From positions 102,267-166,266 of the forward strand of contig CAWJAX010000004.1 in NCBI GenBank assembly GCA_963841015.1: a DNA stretch of 64,000 nucleotides, written 5' to 3'. This DNA is from an uncultured Methanoregulaceae archaeon (GTDB lineage: Archaea > Halobacteriota > Methanomicrobia > Methanomicrobiales > Methanospirillaceae). The translations under genes and the position numbers were made by a program. The notes beneath the pieces are model-generated. The model was not told the origin of the DNA and did not search any database. It saw only the letters and a program-made list of their open reading frames with translations. This document shows, piece after piece, positions 32,633 through 41,233 of this stretch (position 1 is its first letter; the number at the start of each line of letters is the position of its first letter).

Positions 32633-32755
32633 GACTTTATAGAAATGCTCAATCACAAGCTAAACGCTCAGGGGGGTTTCACGCCCGGCCGCTGTGGCTC
32701 CCCCGATTCGATAAATCCCGAACAGGTGCTCCGTAATCATCGCTCATCGCAGGGG
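32633..32755. repeat. Truncated/degenerate copy of the 24675-24883 MITE
   Basis: Shares agaaatgctcaat...ggggtttcac...gccgctgtggctccccc...ccgaacaggtgctccgt.atcatcgc...gcagggg; no right TIR seen. Confidence 0.8.
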
Positions 32756-32833
32756 TCACCTATTCATAACATAGGCAGAAATATCCCAACTTAAGGACAC
32801 GAATATCAGACCTGGTTTTTCAGACTCTGAAAC

Positions 32834-33868
32834 TCACGTTCCTTTTTTTCTTTTCTCCGGTACCCGGTCTTCTTCCACCAGGTAATTGATCACATTCTCA
32901 GAAATATCAGATGCGTATTCCCCGGCTCTTCTTACACTCTCAGTGATATACCCGAGTGCAATCGCATCGGGATTTTCCTTCTGGCGCACGATAGTATTAA
33001 TTTCTTCGCACAGGGTTTCGAGCACACGCAGGGATTCAATATTCTGGTTCGCCTGTTTCATATCTTTGCTGAAGAATGAAATGATACTCCGGTTGAATAT
33101 CCCCATGGATAGTTCACTTGCCCTGGCAATTTTTCCGATTATTACGGGATCAATTTCCCGGGAAATAATTGTCTGTGCGTTCACCACAATCCTTTCTGCA
33201 TGGTCCCCAATCCGTTCGATGATCCGGCTGATGGTAAAATAATGAACTGCCATTATGGGTGTAATACCCATCTTACGGGAGAGAGTAGCATTCGACAGGA
33301 TCATATTTGTCTGCCGGGCTATCAACCAGTGAAGCCGATCAACATCATTGTCCCGTGCTGTGACATCACCGGCAAGAGTCGGGTTCTGTGAACGGATAGC
33401 TTTGATCGCATCCTCATGCATTTCCCTGACGATCATGTACATCCTCTTCAGGGTGTTGTCAAACGGCATTTCAGCAGGATTCAGAAGATCCTTCAACATG
33501 ATCGTATTATCAGTTTCATCTATCATCTCCTGTCCGATGGTCATCTGGGTGAAGTCCCGGACAACAACACGAACGAAGGGGGGTATCCGTTGTCGTGAGT
33601 GGAGGACAATAAAGGTATAACCGGAGATATATGCACCAATCAGCAGACGAAACAGGTACGCCGGTTCAGTGATGCCTGCCAGATCAAATTCTTTTGTTTT
33701 CTGTGCTGGTTCCTTATCGATAGATCGGGTAATAAGAAGCGCTCCGTCCGGCTGAACCTCCACACCCAGTGAATCATTTTTTTTAATTTTTTCTGCTTCG
33801 ATCCAATCCTTTGGCAACGTAAGAACATACGATGATCCTCCTGTAAACTGGACTTTCCGGATTTCCAT
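32834..33868 (-). CDS. Archaeal phosphate uptake regulator (AbrB-like N-terminus + PhoU repeats)
   Basis: RKVQFTGGSSYVLTLPKDW; D..VDRLHWL; ERIGDHA; divergent from the pst operon. Confidence 0.9.
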   Translation of the reverse strand: MEIRKVQFTGGSSYVLTLPKDWIEAEKIKKNDSLGVEVQPDGALLITRSIDKEPAQKTKEFDLAGITEPAYLFRLLIGAYISGYTFIVLHSRQRIPPFVRVVVRDFTQMTIGQEMIDETDNTIMLKDLLNPAEMPFDNTLKRMYMIVREMHEDAIKAIRSQNPTLAGDVTARDNDVDRLHWLIARQTNMILSNATLSRKMGITPIMAVHYFTISRIIERIGDHAERIVVNAQTIISREIDPVIIGKIARASELSMGIFNRSIISFFSKDMKQANQNIESLRVLETLCEEINTIVRQKENPDAIALGYITESVRRAGEYASDISENVINYLVEEDRVPEKRKKGT

Positions 33869-33993
33869 AACAATCTCCCAAGTATGTACTTGGTTTCTCT
33901 ATACCTCTATTGTTCTCTGATAACAATATATATAACTATAGTTTATGTCGAAAAAGGGTATATTCCCATGGGTTGATGATCAGGGTGAACACC

Positions 33994-34978
33994 ATGAACA
34001 GAAAAAAGAGTTCGCATATATTCGTAGTCCTGAGCCTCGCTGTATTGCTCATCGCCTCGATGGCAGTTGCAGGCTGTACAGACAGCGGATCGAAAACACC
34101 CGCAGCAACACCGGCTCCCACAGGTGCCGTAACTTCTCAAACACCTGATCAGGTATCGACCACCGCTGCGCCGGTAATGACGACAGCCCCGGTCTCAACC
34201 GGCCAGAGGCAGACCATCAAGATCAGTGGTTCAACAACCGTCCTGCCGATTATCCAGAAGGCAGCTGACGAGTATATGGCCAGCCACCCTTATGCAGACA
34301 TCCAGATATCCGGCGGTGGATCCGGTGTCGGTATCCAGGCGATTGGTGCCAGGACTGTGGATATTGGTATGTCTTCCCGCGAAGTAACGAAGGCCGAGAT
34401 GGCAAAATATCCTGCTTTTGTTGTTACAACGGTTGCTCAGGATGGCATTGCTGTCGTCGTGAATCCGGCAAATGAGATCCGGTTTATTACGATCGATCAG
34501 GTCAGGGACATCTACCTTGGCAAAATCACGAAATGGACACAGATTACCGGGGCGAACGTTCCCAACACCAATAACCAGATTGTGATCATTGGCCGTGACA
34601 GTGCATCTGGTACCCGTACATATTTCGATGAATCAGTCCTGCTCAAAGCCACACCAACAAAGACCATGCTCGAAAAGAATTCCAATGGAGCTGTTCTCCA
34701 GACCATTGCCCAGACACCCGGTTCAATCGGTTACGTTTCGATCGGTTTTGTCAGTGAGGATGTCAAAGCCCTGCCAATCTGGTACAATTTGGATAAAATC
34801 GTTGCACCCACTCTCTCAAATGTGAAATCCAAGACCTACCCGATCTCCCGTGACCTGTATGTTATTACCAATGGTCAGCCCACCGGCCTGGCTGGCGACT
34901 TCATCAGGTTTATCACAAGCCCTGAGGGCCAGAAGATCGTCGACTGACGAAGGTTATGTAACCATCAACTCAATGTAA
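33994..34978 (+). CDS. pstS: Phosphate ABC transporter substrate-binding lipoprotein; +1 frameshift near 34941 truncates the last ~11 aa
   Basis: Lipobox VAGC, SGSTTV, GGGSGVG, GMSSR, RDSASGT, YPISR; tail TDEGYVTINSM* is in the next frame. Confidence 0.92.
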
Positions 34979-35011
34979 TCAGACAAGACCAACACATTTT
35001 TTCTTTATCTG

Positions 35012-36979
35012 GTGGCTGATATGGCAAAATTCATAAAAAAATTGAATGGGAACCTGATCACCACCGAAAGATCTGCCCGCTTGTCATTCTTAAAAGAGCG
35101 GGCGATTAAAACCCTGTTCTTCTGCACAGCATCATTAGCCGTCGTAGTTGTCTCCTTCATTCTCCTTTTCCTGTTACGGGACGGGTACCCGATCTTCGTG
35201 GAGGTTGGGATCATTCCCTTTCTTTTCGGGGATACCTGGGCTCCGACCGCAGTAGAACCCCTGTATGGTATCTTACCGCTCATTATCGGGACTCTCCTCG
35301 TCACGATCGGGTCGATAGTATTTTCCGTCCCGCTTTCCATCGGCTGTGCTATTTACGTATCAGAACTCGCATCCCCGCGGGTAAAGTCCGTGCTCAAACC
35401 GGCCATCGAACTCCTTGCAGGTATCCCCTCCGTGGTCTACGGCTTCTTTGGCCTGATTGTTCTGACCGACTTCATCCGTGTCACTTTCGATGTGCCCACC
35501 GGTGAGACATGGCTTGCTGCCTCGATCCTCCTTGGCATCATGGCCCTGCCCACCATTATCAGTGTTTCAGAAGACGCCATCAGTGCAGTTCCCCGGGAAT
35601 TCAGGGAAGGCTCGCTTGCAGTAGGGGCGACACGGTGGCAGACCATCAGCAGGGTCATTGTGCCTGCAGCCCTTTCCGGCATCGCTGCTGCCATCATCCT
35701 TGGTATCGGCAGGGCAATCGGTGAGACCATGGCCGTCATGATGGTTGCCGGTAACGCAGCGGTCATCCCTGACCCTGTCTGGAATGTCCTTTCTCCCATA
35801 CGGACCCTTACCGCAACACTGGGTATTGAAATGGGTGAGGTATCTGTTGGCAGTGAGCACTACAGTGCCTTATTCGGTATTGCCGTTGTCCTGCTCATTA
35901 TTACCCTCATCATCAATCTTTCAGCGGTTGCGATTTTGCGTCGCCTGAAGGAAGGTCAGTATACACATTCAGGCCGCAAATCCTTAATTTCGGATTCCAT
36001 GCGGGAGTCTCTCAAACGGATCGCGAAGGTGATACTGGTTGCTGCCCTAATCATATTCCTGTTCACCGCTGCACCCTGGTATCTCGCTGCAGCGATACTC
36101 CTCGTACTGGGTGTATGGTACTTCGGGAAGGACCGGCTCTCAAGAAAGCACATCGAGACGATCTCGTTTGGTTTTATTGCTGCCGCCGCATTCATCGTGC
36201 TTGCAATCCTCGTTATTATCCTTGGGTATATCATCATTAACGGGCTGCCTGCACTATCGTGGGAATTTTTGACCCAGCCACCAAAAGATCTCGGGCGGGA
36301 CGGGGGTATCTACCCTGCAATTATCGGTACACTGTACCTGGTTGCCGGCGCTATCCTCATTGCACTTCCGCTCGGGGTGGGTGCCGCGATTTACCTTGTA
36401 GAATATACACGGGAAGGCCGCATCACCCGCCTCATCAGGAATGGCGTTGACCTGCTCAATGGCACCCCCTCCATTGTTTTTGGCCTGTTCGGGTTTGCAT
36501 TTATCGTGCTCTATCTTACTGTCGGCGTATCGTTACTTGCCGGGCAGATCACCCTCGCTCTGATGATATTGCCAACAGTCATCCGCACGACTGAAGAATC
36601 CTTAAAAAATATCCCGCAGTCTCTTCGTGAAGGTAGTCTTGCCCTGGGTGCCACCCGGTGGCAGACAATCAGCAAGGTAGTCATTCCACCGGCAGTACCG
36701 GGAATTGTTACCGGGGCAATCCTCTGTATCGGGAGAGCAGCCGGAGAGACCGCTCCGATTATGTTCACGGCCGTTGTCTTCTCATCACGATTCCTTCCAA
36801 CATCGGAATTCCAGCCGGTTATGGCGCTTCCTTACCATCTTTTCATCCTGGCAACCAACGTGCCCGGTGCACAGACAAACCAGTACGGGACTGCTCTTGT
36901 GCTCCTGATCCTTGTCGTTGGAATGTATGCGATCGCAATTATCGTACGAACTCATTTCCAGAATAAATCACGGGGATGA
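35012..36979 (+). CDS. Fused phosphate ABC permease PstC-PstA
   Basis: Two permease modules (ELLAGIPSVVYG...GETMAV; LNGTPSIVFG...AGETAP), each with an EGSLA.GATRWQT loop. Confidence 0.9.
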   Translation: MADMAKFIKKLNGNLITTERSARLSFLKERAIKTLFFCTASLAVVVVSFILLFLLRDGYPIFVEVGIIPFLFGDTWAPTAVEPLYGILPLIIGTLLVTIGSIVFSVPLSIGCAIYVSELASPRVKSVLKPAIELLAGIPSVVYGFFGLIVLTDFIRVTFDVPTGETWLAASILLGIMALPTIISVSEDAISAVPREFREGSLAVGATRWQTISRVIVPAALSGIAAAIILGIGRAIGETMAVMMVAGNAAVIPDPVWNVLSPIRTLTATLGIEMGEVSVGSEHYSALFGIAVVLLIITLIINLSAVAILRRLKEGQYTHSGRKSLISDSMRESLKRIAKVILVAALIIFLFTAAPWYLAAAILLVLGVWYFGKDRLSRKHIETISFGFIAAAAFIVLAILVIILGYIIINGLPALSWEFLTQPPKDLGRDGGIYPAIIGTLYLVAGAILIALPLGVGAAIYLVEYTREGRITRLIRNGVDLLNGTPSIVFGLFGFAFIVLYLTVGVSLLAGQITLALMILPTVIRTTEESLKNIPQSLREGSLALGATRWQTISKVVIPPAVPGIVTGAILCIGRAAGETAPIMFTAVVFSSRFLPTSEFQPVMALPYHLFILATNVPGAQTNQYGTALVLLILVVGMYAIAIIVRTHFQNKSRG

Positions 36980-36982
36980 ACT

Positions 36983-37744
36983 ATGTCTGAATCTGCAATT
37001 ATCACAACAAACAACGTAAATCTCTGGTATAACGGGAAGCGTGCACTTGAATCCGTTTCCATGAAGATCCCCAGGAACAAAGTGACCGCCCTTATCGGTC
37101 CCTCCGGCTGTGGGAAGTCAACCCTGCTCCGGTGTTTCAACCGGTTGAACGATCTTATTGACCAGGTAAAAATTTCCGGGGATATCACGCTCGATGATAA
37201 GAACATCCATGCACCCGGAACCGATGTGGTTCTGCTCAGGAAAAAGGTTGGGATGGTTTTCCAGAAGCCCAATCCTTTTCCCAAATCCATATACGAGAAT
37301 GTGGCATACGGTCCCCGGGTACATGGGGTGAAGAACAAAGCCGAACTTGACAGGATCGTTGAACAGAGCCTGCACCACGCAGCACTATGGGATGAGGTGA
37401 AAGACCGCCTGAATGAATCGGCGCTTGGTCTCTCCGGTGGTCAGCAGCAGCGGCTCTGTATCGCCCGTACGCTTGCGGTGGAGCCGGAAGTGATCCTGAT
37501 GGACGAGCCATGCTCGGCACTCGATCCAATAGCAACAGCAAAGATTGAGAACCTCATAGAGATGCTCAAAAAGGATTACACGGTTATCATTGTCACGCAC
37601 AACATGCAGCAGGCAGCGCGGGTGAGCGAATATACCGGTTTCATGTATCTGGGAAAACTCATCGAATGCGGCAAAACTGTGCAGATCTTCGAGCATCCAA
37701 AAGAAGAATTAACGGAGAATTATATTACCGGGCGGTTCGGGTAG
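36983..37744 (+). CDS. pstB: Phosphate ABC transporter ATP-binding protein
   Basis: [41 protein letters not shown]. Confidence 0.96.
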   Translation: MSESAIITTNNVNLWYNGKRALESVSMKIPRNKVTALIGPSGCGKSTLLRCFNRLNDLIDQVKISGDITLDDKNIHAPGTDVVLLRKKVGMVFQKPNPFPKSIYENVAYGPRVHGVKNKAELDRIVEQSLHHAALWDEVKDRLNESALGLSGGQQQRLCIARTLAVEPEVILMDEPCSALDPIATAKIENLIEMLKKDYTVIIVTHNMQQAARVSEYTGFMYLGKLIECGKTVQIFEHPKEELTENYITGRFG

Positions 37745-37753
37745 GTCAGTAGC

Positions 37754-38404
37754 ATGGCAGAAAAATTTCATACGGAACTCAAAAATCTCAGAACTGAAAC
37801 ACTCGAGATGGCTCATCTCGGGCGGTTCATGCTTCGAACGGCAGTTGACGCTCTCATCCGCCAGGATCCGGAACTCGCAGAATCCGTAATTGTCAGAAAA
37901 GGTGAGATCCATGATCTCGAAGTCCGGCTTGAGGAGCATTGTTACCATCTGATTGCACTCTACCAGCCGATGGCAAAGGATATGCGAACCATCGCGTGCA
38001 CCTTAAAAGTGATCTCGGCGTCATTGCGGATCGGGCGGTATGGCAAGGTAATTGCAAAAGTTGTCAAAGAGCTTGCAGACAGACCGCATATCGCCAACCT
38101 GATGAGCATCCCGCACATGGCAGATCTCGCAATCGACATGGTGGATGATGCAATAACAGCCTACGAGTCCGATGACCTCACCATTATAAAGGAATTTTCA
38201 ACCCGGGATGACACAGTCGATGCCCTTCGGCACTCGATCTTCCGGGAAGGGATTACCTACATGATGGAAGATCCGAAAAATATCTCGCGCTGCACGCACT
38301 ACATCATGGTCGCCCGGTACCTTGAACGGTGTGCCGACCATGCCTGCAAGATTGCCGAGAACGTCCATTACATGGAGACCGGGGAAAGGATAGAGATCAA
38401 GTGA
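37754..38404 (+). CDS. phoU: Phosphate signalling protein PhoU
   Basis: IALYQPMAKDMR, DDTVD, LERCADHACKIAE; last gene of the pst operon. Confidence 0.93.
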   Translation: MAEKFHTELKNLRTETLEMAHLGRFMLRTAVDALIRQDPELAESVIVRKGEIHDLEVRLEEHCYHLIALYQPMAKDMRTIACTLKVISASLRIGRYGKVIAKVVKELADRPHIANLMSIPHMADLAIDMVDDAITAYESDDLTIIKEFSTRDDTVDALRHSIFREGITYMMEDPKNISRCTHYIMVARYLERCADHACKIAENVHYMETGERIEIK

Positions 38405-38464
38405 GCACCTGAAAAGCGGTTGGGATCGGTGTTTCTTTGCGAGACCCAGATATAAGTCCTGCAC

Positions 38465-38908
38465 CAACATCCTTTCCATGGCCACCCTGATGCATTCTGG
38501 TAGCATTTTCCCGGGTTTTTCAATGAAAAACCTGTTTTTTTTACTCCATGAATTTCACTCACCTTTTTTCGGTTCATATAAGTCGCCGGTTGCCGTTTAA
38601 TCTGAAAAAAGGACTGTACCAAACCAGTTTTTTCCTCATGATTAAACGCCTACTAAAGTGCACGGTTTTTTCCTTATTAAAACGACTATTTTTTGAAAAT
38701 AACGGAGTATATAAGAAATATTGTCAGGGGTTGGCATCGTTTCCACTGGAAAATTCCCGTAATTTTTCAGTAGGATAAATCGTTGTCCGTTTGCCAAACG
38801 GGGCATTTTACGGGGACTCGATTATTGATGTGTGGCCAATTACGACGGACAACACCTGAAAACGGTCCCTCACCGTGCATGAGGATTTGTATATTCATCC
38901 GGTGCCCA
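38465..38908. repeat. Direct repeat copy 1 (~440 bp; conserved core 38649-38817) ending in a 13-codon remnant of the 40618-40992 gene
   Basis: Aligns with 40212-40656; 38870-38908 reverse-translates WAPDEYTNPHAR* versus WGPDEYTNPHAR*. Confidence 0.85.
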
Positions 38909-39174
38909 GGGTCAAGGGGACAAAAGAGGGATACAAGCCCCAGCAGTGCCTTATCGATCTGCCCCGACGCACTGTTCCTGTTTCCCTGACACCGGTTTCC
39001 TAATCCTCGGTGAATTCCCCTCCGGGTTCCTCTGTGTTGACAGTAGAATACTGCAAATCCCTCTTCGTAAACCGGACGTTCCCGGTCATAAGAGTCGCAA
39101 TTATCGGGGAAATTTCAGATAATTGTTGCTCTCCCGCTAAATAATTAAATACACATACATACACAGATTTAATC

Positions 39175-39402
39175 ATGGCCACGAAAACCATCAGCATCAC
39201 CGAGGAGGCGTACGAACGGCTGCGGGCACTCAAAAGAGATGAGAGGACGAGCTTCTCGGAGGTAATCGTAAAATATTATCCGGTGAAGCGGAAACTATCC
39301 GATGTGCTTGCTGAGCTTGGCGACTGTACCTCGCTTGCGGATTCCGTAGAGACGATATCCCGCGGGATGAGGAAATCGAAGTTGCGCGAGGTCAGGTTCT
39401 GA
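39175..39402 (+). CDS. vapB: VapB-family antitoxin
   Basis: MATKTISITEEAYERL...SFSEVI archaeal antitoxin pattern; immediately upstream of a PIN toxin. Confidence 0.9.
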   Translation: MATKTISITEEAYERLRALKRDERTSFSEVIVKYYPVKRKLSDVLAELGDCTSLADSVETISRGMRKSKLREVRF

Positions 39403-39403
39403 A

Positions 39404-39793
39404 ATGCCGGTTGCCGACACGTCGTTTCTTATCGATATAATGAGACGGGATCCTGGAGCTATCCGGACCTATGAAGCATACGAAGAGCAGGGCATCGCCC
39501 TCTCGACTACTGCGGTCACCGCGATGGAGTTGTACAAAGGAGCCTATGTCTCGAAGGACTGCAGGAACGTGGAGAGAGTAAGAACTATTCTCGAATTATT
39601 CACCATTCTTCCGCTCGATGACACAGTGTACGAAGCATTCGGCAGGATTGCTGCGGGTTTGTCCCTTACCGGAAAACCGATAGGGGACTTTGACGAAGCT
39701 ATCGCAGCAATAGTGCTCTGTTCGGATGGCGGGATCATTACCCGTGACCGGCACTTTGAAAAAATTCCGGGGCTGAAGGTTATCGGATATTAG
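39404..39793 (+). CDS. vapC: VapC PIN-domain toxin
   Basis: VADTSFLID, E-L-x-K-G, DEAIAA, ITRDRHF..IPGL. Confidence 0.92.
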   Translation: MPVADTSFLIDIMRRDPGAIRTYEAYEEQGIALSTTAVTAMELYKGAYVSKDCRNVERVRTILELFTILPLDDTVYEAFGRIAAGLSLTGKPIGDFDEAIAAIVLCSDGGIITRDRHFEKIPGLKVIGY

Positions 39794-39837
39794 CCGGCCA
39801 ATGAAAACATACCGCTCTTTTCCCTGAAGCGAAAACG

Positions 39838-40015
39838 GACGGTTTCGTCTGGTTATTGTCATAACAACTCCGCAGGCAGCGCAAGCAACATCAGGATGGA
39901 TCTCATCACCGTTATGAAGGGCGCCGCCGTTTCGGAGTTCCCCGTCGTCGCGTTCCCCGCTAGGGTGATCAGTGCGCTCGCATTCGTCGTTGTGATGATG
40001 AGAAAGCGGGAATAA
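39838..40015 (+). pseudogene. 3' remnant of a PKD-domain / PEF-CTERM surface protein gene
   Basis: Translates ...NNSAGSASNIRMDLITV-MKGAA-VSEFPVVAFPARVISALAFVVVMMRKRE*; no start codon or upstream gene body. Confidence 0.6.
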
Positions 40016-40211
40016 TTTTTTCCTTTTTTTTGTATTCGGAATTTTAGCACTTCTGGCAGCATTGATCATCGGTATGCTCCGTGCTGTCCCGTTTATCCGA
40101 AGGACGAGAGAAAACTACCTTTTTTTGTCGAAAACCGGGACTATTCAGACGATAGTGAAAATTTCTTTCATTGAACACCTTCTTTTCACCAATTCTGCCC
40201 TCTCACCAATC

Positions 40212-40656
40212 CAGACATCCTTTCCAAAGCCATAAGGACACACTGTAGCAGCACTTTTCCGGATTTTTCTTTTGAAAAACACTTTTTCCTACCCCTGAAT
40301 TTCACGGGTCTATTTTTGGGCTATATCGGGATCCGGTTGGCAGGTATTCCGGAAAACGTGCTGAACTGCATCGATTTTTCCTGCCCCTTGAACTCCTGCT
40401 AAAGTGCACGGTTTTTTCCTGATTAAAACGATTATTTTTTGAAAATAACGGTGTATTCAAGAAATATTGTCAGGAGTTGGCATCGTTTCCACTGGAAATT
40501 TTCCGGTAATTTTTCGGTAGGATAAATCATTGTCCGTTTGCCAAACGGGGCATTTTACGGGGACGTGATCGCTCAGGTCCGGGTACCTTCGGCGTAGCTC
40601 GCCGGAAACAGGGGTGTTCATCGTGCATGGGGATTTGTGTACTCGTCCGGTCCCCA
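40212..40656. repeat. Direct repeat copy 2 (core 40395-40564), downstream of and including the 3' end of the 40618-40992 gene
   Basis: Aligns with 38465-38908. Confidence 0.85.
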
Positions 40657-40992
40657 CCATTCTATCTCTTCAACAGAGAGATCATGAATGACCAGCCGCC
40701 GCCACACTCGTTCATGCTGGGTGCGCAGCCAGAGTTCACGCAGGATAAACGGGGGGAACGGGAGCTTACGAAGTCCCTGGATAACCTCCGGGAACTGCTG
40801 TTCGTAAAATCCGTTCGGATCGATATGGTACCGGGTCTGTCGCACTTTTACCACCCGGATCGATTCACGTTTGAAGACCAGGAGGTCGAATGGCAGGTCC
40901 TCATGCGGGTTGTCTATCGGAAAGTACCCCATCCGCTCCGCAAAATTCTTCGCCTCCGCAATGGCTGCTTCCGGTTTCTTTCCCCGCGTCAT
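40618..40992 (-). CDS. Small hypothetical protein, PD-(D/E)XK nuclease-like (Hjc-like) fold suspected
   Basis: A..EAK.FAERMGY...PFDLLVFK....VVKVR pattern; canonical E-x-K appears as K-V-R, so catalytic activity is doubtful. Confidence 0.6.
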   Translation of the reverse strand: MTRGKKPEAAIAEAKNFAERMGYFPIDNPHEDLPFDLLVFKRESIRVVKVRQTRYHIDPNGFYEQQFPEVIQGLRKLPFPPFILRELWLRTQHERVWRRLVIHDLSVEEIEWWGPDEYTNPHAR

Positions 40993-41233
40993 GGATGCGT
41001 TTCCTCACGTTCCGTGTATTTTTTATCGTTGGATGTGTGTCTCCATCGGTGGATCATGGAGCGTTGAATGCCTTGTGGTCGATTTGAGGGTTTCTTAACT
41101 GTAAGATTAAAAGGAATTAAAAGAGTGTGCAAAGCCTCTGCACCTGATGGTGACCAAGGAAAAGGAGAGAGATCAAGCGAAAAGTAAAAACGTCTGGACT
41201 CCAGGAGGTAATGCGGGATCCTGAAGAAGATCC

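Noticed and set aside
38405-41230. Integrated prophage/plasmid or IS element around vapBC
   Set aside because: No integrase, transposase, tRNA attachment site or viral genes visible
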